Position numbers and translations under genes: made by a program | Assembly: GCF_963506605.1 (NCBI RefSeq) | Contig: NC_083288.1 | Coordinates: forward strand, 48,112,001-48,176,000 | Reading direction: 5' to 3' | Origin: Zootoca vivipara | Lineage: Eukaryota | Length of the DNA stretch: 64,000 bases | Shown: in pieces, positions 59,445 to 64,000 of the stretch | Numbering within the stretch: the first letter of the stretch is position 1 | How the letters are laid out: the number at the start of each line of letters is the position of its first letter | Notes under the pieces: generated by a model | Databases searched by the model: none | Seen by the model: the letters and a program-made list of their open reading frames with translations, nothing else | What the model was told of the DNA's origin: nothing

Positions 59445-61466
59445 ATCCTAAGTGCCATTTGAGAGTCACTTTCAGGAAAGAGAAGGGAGACTTCTGGTCT
59501 CCGGACAACATTTAAAAAACCCCTTTCCCAGCACCACCAGCCCATCTATGTTAATTCCTTTGGCTGGAATGGAGTCGTTATGGAGACATCTCTAATGCAG
59601 CCAGCAAAACTCTCACCAGCCCAAGCAAGCACAGCCACTTTTGGACCACAACTCCCATCAACAGCAGCCAGCCACAGAGTTATGGTCCTGGACGGCAGCT
59701 GGTTGGCGAAGGCAAGGCTGCCTTTATATAAAGGCCCTACGAGCAGACTAGTGAGGGCTGGGGGCCCAAAATAAAAGCATTTTTCATGTTGGCATGACTG
59801 TGTGGGCTCAGAATGGGAGGAACGGCCTTTCTTTAAGCCTGAGGACTCTCTTTGGAGACGGAGGGATCCCCTCAGCCTGCCAAGGGTGAGGAGATCTTAT
59901 ATCCCCTCCCAGCTCCTTGCACAACCACCATCCCTGGAGATTTGGGGCCATCTCAAGAGATGCTCAATAATTCTCAGGGGGGAAAGCTTAAGGCGAACTG
60001 CGAAAGACCTTAACTGCCCAAAGGTGGGCAGAATCTTGAATGCCTCCGAAGCCTTGTAGGTTAGCTCCACCTGGAAACTGTGGAAACAACCTTTCAAGGC
60101 ATATTTTGGATTCATGCCTTTTGTATAATAATAGATCTAAGGCCTCTTCAGGGGTTACAAAGAGGGAAATGCAAATGCATTGGGGGGCAATGCAGATTAG
60201 TATCCATGCCCCATCGCTGTTTCTGCCTCCTAACTCTTGGAAGGCAACTGACTGAAAGAAGGAGACACCCGTATCTGCGGAGGCCTCTTGACACCTTTTA
60301 ATAACCTCCTGTTATGCCAAATTTGAAAATGCATGAGAAATCTCTGTGGATACTAAAGGCTCTGTGCTTCTGTGCCTTGCTTTGTAAAGTAGGAAGGCAG
60401 GCAGGGAGTGGAAATGATGGCGGAGAGGCTTGCATTTTCACAACACACCTCCCCCAGCAACCATAGAATCATAGAATTAGAAGGGACCCTACGGGTCATC
60501 TAGTCCAACCCCCTGCAACGCAGAAATCAATGCAGGAGTGCACTTTAACACTGAAAGAAATATACTGGCCAGTTACCTTTCCTTCCCTATTTACAGGACT
60601 CCTGCAAAGGCTCAGAGACGTGGATATAGGTTACTACAGGGTAATAACGTGACTTTATGGTAAGAAACGAAGGCTGCAATCCCATGTACGCTTATCTCGG
60701 GACAAGGGTCACAGCTCAAGGGCATAGCATCTACTTTGCATGCAAGATGTCCCAAGTTCAATCCCAAGTGGCAACTCCTCAGGTAAGGATGGGAATGCCC
60801 TCTGCTTGAAACCCGGAGAGCCCGGAGAGTCACTGTACTGCCTTCCTTAGTTGTTACAACTCCCATCAGCTCCAGGCAACAGGTTCAAAACTTGCGGCAA
60901 GTAAATACAGAACACTATTTATTAGACCTAGCTGCCTGTTTTGATGTCTCATAGCCTCTGGATGGCACCAGCTTCCCCCCATGGCCAAAAGAGGCATTGC
61001 ACATGGGAATATGGAAAGCTGCTTTCTACTGAGTCAGACCTCTGGTCCACCTCACTTGGTATTGTCTGCACTGACCGGCAGCAGCAGCAGCAGCAGCAGC
61101 AGGGGACACTCCCAGCCCTATCTGGGAGATGCCAGGGTTTGAACCTGGGACCTTGTGCATGCAACACAGATGTTCTACCCCTGGGCTACAGTCCTTATCT
61201 GAAAATGCTACAGTTGATGCTAGTTGATGCAATATAATGCATTTTGGACCAGTCCAATGCTGGTTATTTGGCTCTTTAAGGCGCTTGTGGGGGGTAATGA
61301 GTAGGAATTATTATTCTCCACGGAATTACTGTAATGCTTCCTTTGCCCTCAGAAAGGGGCTGCTGAAGGGAAATCTATGGTTGATTTCCTTCCCTCCCAC
61401 CTTTCTGCCACTTCCCATTCTGCCCCAGGATTCATCCCACCACTAGGCTGGCTAACCTCCCGTTAC

Positions 61467-61919
61467 CTTCACAGGTGGGCAAAAAGGCAGGCACGGGGCA
61501 AAGTGGCTGAGTGAGTCGCGCCTCAGCTGGGCATGGACACGCTCCGGCACCTCTGGAAGGTCGTTGGGCCAGAACTGGCGGACGCTGGTGAGCTCCAGGC
61601 CCAGGGAGTCGGCAAAGCGAACCCTCTTGCGTGTCCCGGGGCTGCGGCTGCGTGAGGCCCCCCGACTTCTGCCCCGGGCAGGGGCCGAGCGAGTCCGGCG
61701 CCTTCCTTTTCGCTTGTGCCCTCCAAAGACGTGCCGTCGCCTCCGGGGCCTGCTCCGGGGCCTGCTCTCCGATTCGGATTCGGAGCCCTCGGTCCCCGAG
61801 TCCTCTGCTATGCTCGGCCGGGCGGTGCGGTAGTAGGCTCGTTCATACAGGCCTGCGATGTAGCTCAGGTTCCGTGGGATGTTGCTAGGGGTCAGAGGGG
61901 ACGGTGGGGCACGAGCCAT
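61467..61919 (-). CDS. PPP1R3E: PPP1R3E coding exon 1 (PP1-binding RVxF)
   Basis: IPRNLSYIAGLYERAYYR, RSRSPGTRKRVRFADSLGLEL; GTAACG donor; total 310 aa with exon 2. Confidence 0.95.
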
Positions 61920-64000
61920 GGGGGCAAAGCTGCAGACCCCAAGGCTTGGCTCTTCTACGCAGCTCAGGCCCAAGAATGACTTTTGGGGAGTGTGTGGTGG
62001 CAATCCAGTTCTTCACGCCCTTCGCCGGACCTTCCTCCACTGTTGCTCCGTTTGGGACGGACTGCCTTATTGCACGTTTGGGAGGGAAGATGTTCCTTTG
62101 CGGCTCTGTTGTCCACCGCCCTGCCTCTCAGTCTTCTTCAGCGCTCTGATTCTCCCTCAGCATCTTACCTCCTCTGATTTCTCCCGCTAGAGTCTCTTTG
62201 CCATGCTTCCGGTTGTCTGCAGACTCTCGGTCTGTCTGTGGGTCACTTCTTCACTTATTACCACTCCATCATCTTCTGCTCTCTCTCCCTCAGTCCATCT
62301 GGGCTGGTGTTTTCGCTCTACCTTTCCATTTTTCAGTGTATTCCACTGCTCTTCCTTCTGAAGACTTTCTCTCCCTCGTTCTACCTCATTCTTTTTGCTT
62401 TGTCACTGTGCCTTTTGGAGATGCTCTGTGTTTTATTATTCCATCCGTGCTCTGTATCTTTCTGTTGATTCAACTGTGTGACTTTGCCTTCTTCCCAAGG
62501 ACACCGCCACTCTCGTCTGCCTTTGAGGAGTCAAGTCGGTCAAGTCATCGATCTGCTCTCTCCTGTATCTTTTCACTGTACTTCATCTCTGATGCTCTCT
62601 TGTGTATATTTAAAATGTTATATGTGTCTGTATCAAGATATATTTCCCTCGCTGCTTCTTCCTTCTTCTATCTGTCCATCGCTTCACTTCCACGCTCTCC
62701 CACTCCAGAGATTCCCAGACTTTCTCTCTCTCTGGAAGATGCTGTTAAATATTTTTGCTTCCTGGAGAGTTTTCAGTCTCTCTAGCTTTTTGTTCAGTGT
62801 GGTCCAGCTAAAGGTGACTCACAATCCTCAGAGATGCAGCTCCTTGACAACCTGACTGCCCATCCAGAATCTGAAGGGCCGGCACTCCAGAGGAGATCTC
62901 TCCAAGGAACGCAGACAGGCACAACTCAGCCAAGAATGGGAGGCTTGGGCTGGTGGGAAGGAGAAGATCTTTGCTTCCAGACCCAAAAAGGTTTTATTAC
63001 TGCTAGGAAAAGGGCTCCCTCTCCCTCACACCTTGCCCCTCTAGGTTCCAGAGACAAGATGTACCTTTAAAAAAAGTATACGTGCCCAGAAATGTTTCTT
63101 TGGGAGATGAATTATTCAGAAGAGAAAATGGAACTAATGGATTATGCAAGAGCCATCAAGCCCCACAAAGATCAGGAAAAGGGGGGTGGGATTCAAAATC
63201 GGGGGCAGATTTGGCAGTGGGAGCTCAGAAATGGGAAATGTGTGTGGGTTTTTTTTTTGGGGGGGCTTCAAGCTGGCAACAAGGGAAGTCAGTAGAGCTG
63301 GGGAGCTTGTTTTGAGGGGCAGAGATGAAGCTGTTAACTGAGGTGGAGCTGCTCCTTTGGCTTCATGCCGCGTTAACCAGGTGCCTGAGAGCGTCTCTGT
63401 ACATGAAACTGCAGGCATCCGGTCATGAATAATGGAGCAAGCCTAAAGCTTTCTGCCCTCCTCTCCTTAACATCCCTCCTGCCTGCTTTCACCACGAAGC
63501 ACAAAAGGAGTTATAGGATGTTTACTGTACTATCTTTATTGCAAAGGAAGGAGCCTCTTCTCTCTCCCTTCCCTAAATTGATAGAATCACACTTTTCCTT
63601 TCCACTGACAGCCACCTTAGATCAGCTTCAGAAAACAGGCAACCGCATCACGCCACCTCCCTGAATCTCATGAAGGTACAGAAATGGTTACGGACAGCTC
63701 TACAAATACGTAGCCTTTTCACTCTTGGGAGCAGAGTGAGTTCAATGACATCCTCCTCATCTTATTTTTATCGCAGCTGTTCTGTCCCTCTGCTCAACTT
63801 GCCTCATTTCCCAAGGTCATGTGAAATTGAGCTTGGTTTGTCTCGGGCCCGAACGTTAATGCATCCCTTGCAGACACATGCAAACAGCCAATGTTTGTTT
63901 TGCACCTAAAACAATCTGTCTGTCTCTTACGCCTATGAAGTCCGGCTTTTTACACTCTGCACAATTTCTCTGGGACAGCCTTTCCAGGCATCTCCAAACT

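Noticed and set aside
62198-62855. Hydrophobic 195-aa and 125-aa plus-strand ORFs
   Set aside because: By-product of the pyrimidine-rich strand opposite the purine-rich region upstream of PPP1R3E; no recognisable family.

Overview
Vertebrate genomic DNA from a squamate lizard. The Sauria-type SINEs, Bov-B, CR1, L2 and Penelope fragments support this; a lacertid identity is inference. The window is syntenic with human 14q11.2: SLC7A8 (coding exons 1-3, minus), RNF212B (spliced CDS, plus), HOMEZ (minus) and PPP1R3E (2 coding exons, minus). The main discovery lies between HOMEZ and PPP1R3E: a complete four-coding-exon Twisted gastrulation (TWSG1-like) paralog (minus, 44637-48253, 216 aa, signal peptide, all 24 Tsg cysteines, canonical splice sites) with an apparent CpG-rich non-coding first exon. 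The ORF track shows it only in pieces, and mammals have no such gene at this locus, so it is a candidate second vertebrate Tsg gene. SLC7A8 intron 3 holds the 3' half of a young class I (gamma-type env) endogenous retrovirus with an open integrase end, an intact env and a 3' LTR. Other notable structures are two solo LTRs, many hAT MITEs with 8-bp TSDs, a probable GC-AG intron in RNF212B, a template-switch inverted triplication, and a 280-bp duplication enclosing a Tc2-like end plus a ~160-bp-arm GC-rich hairpin just upstream of the TWSG-like gene.
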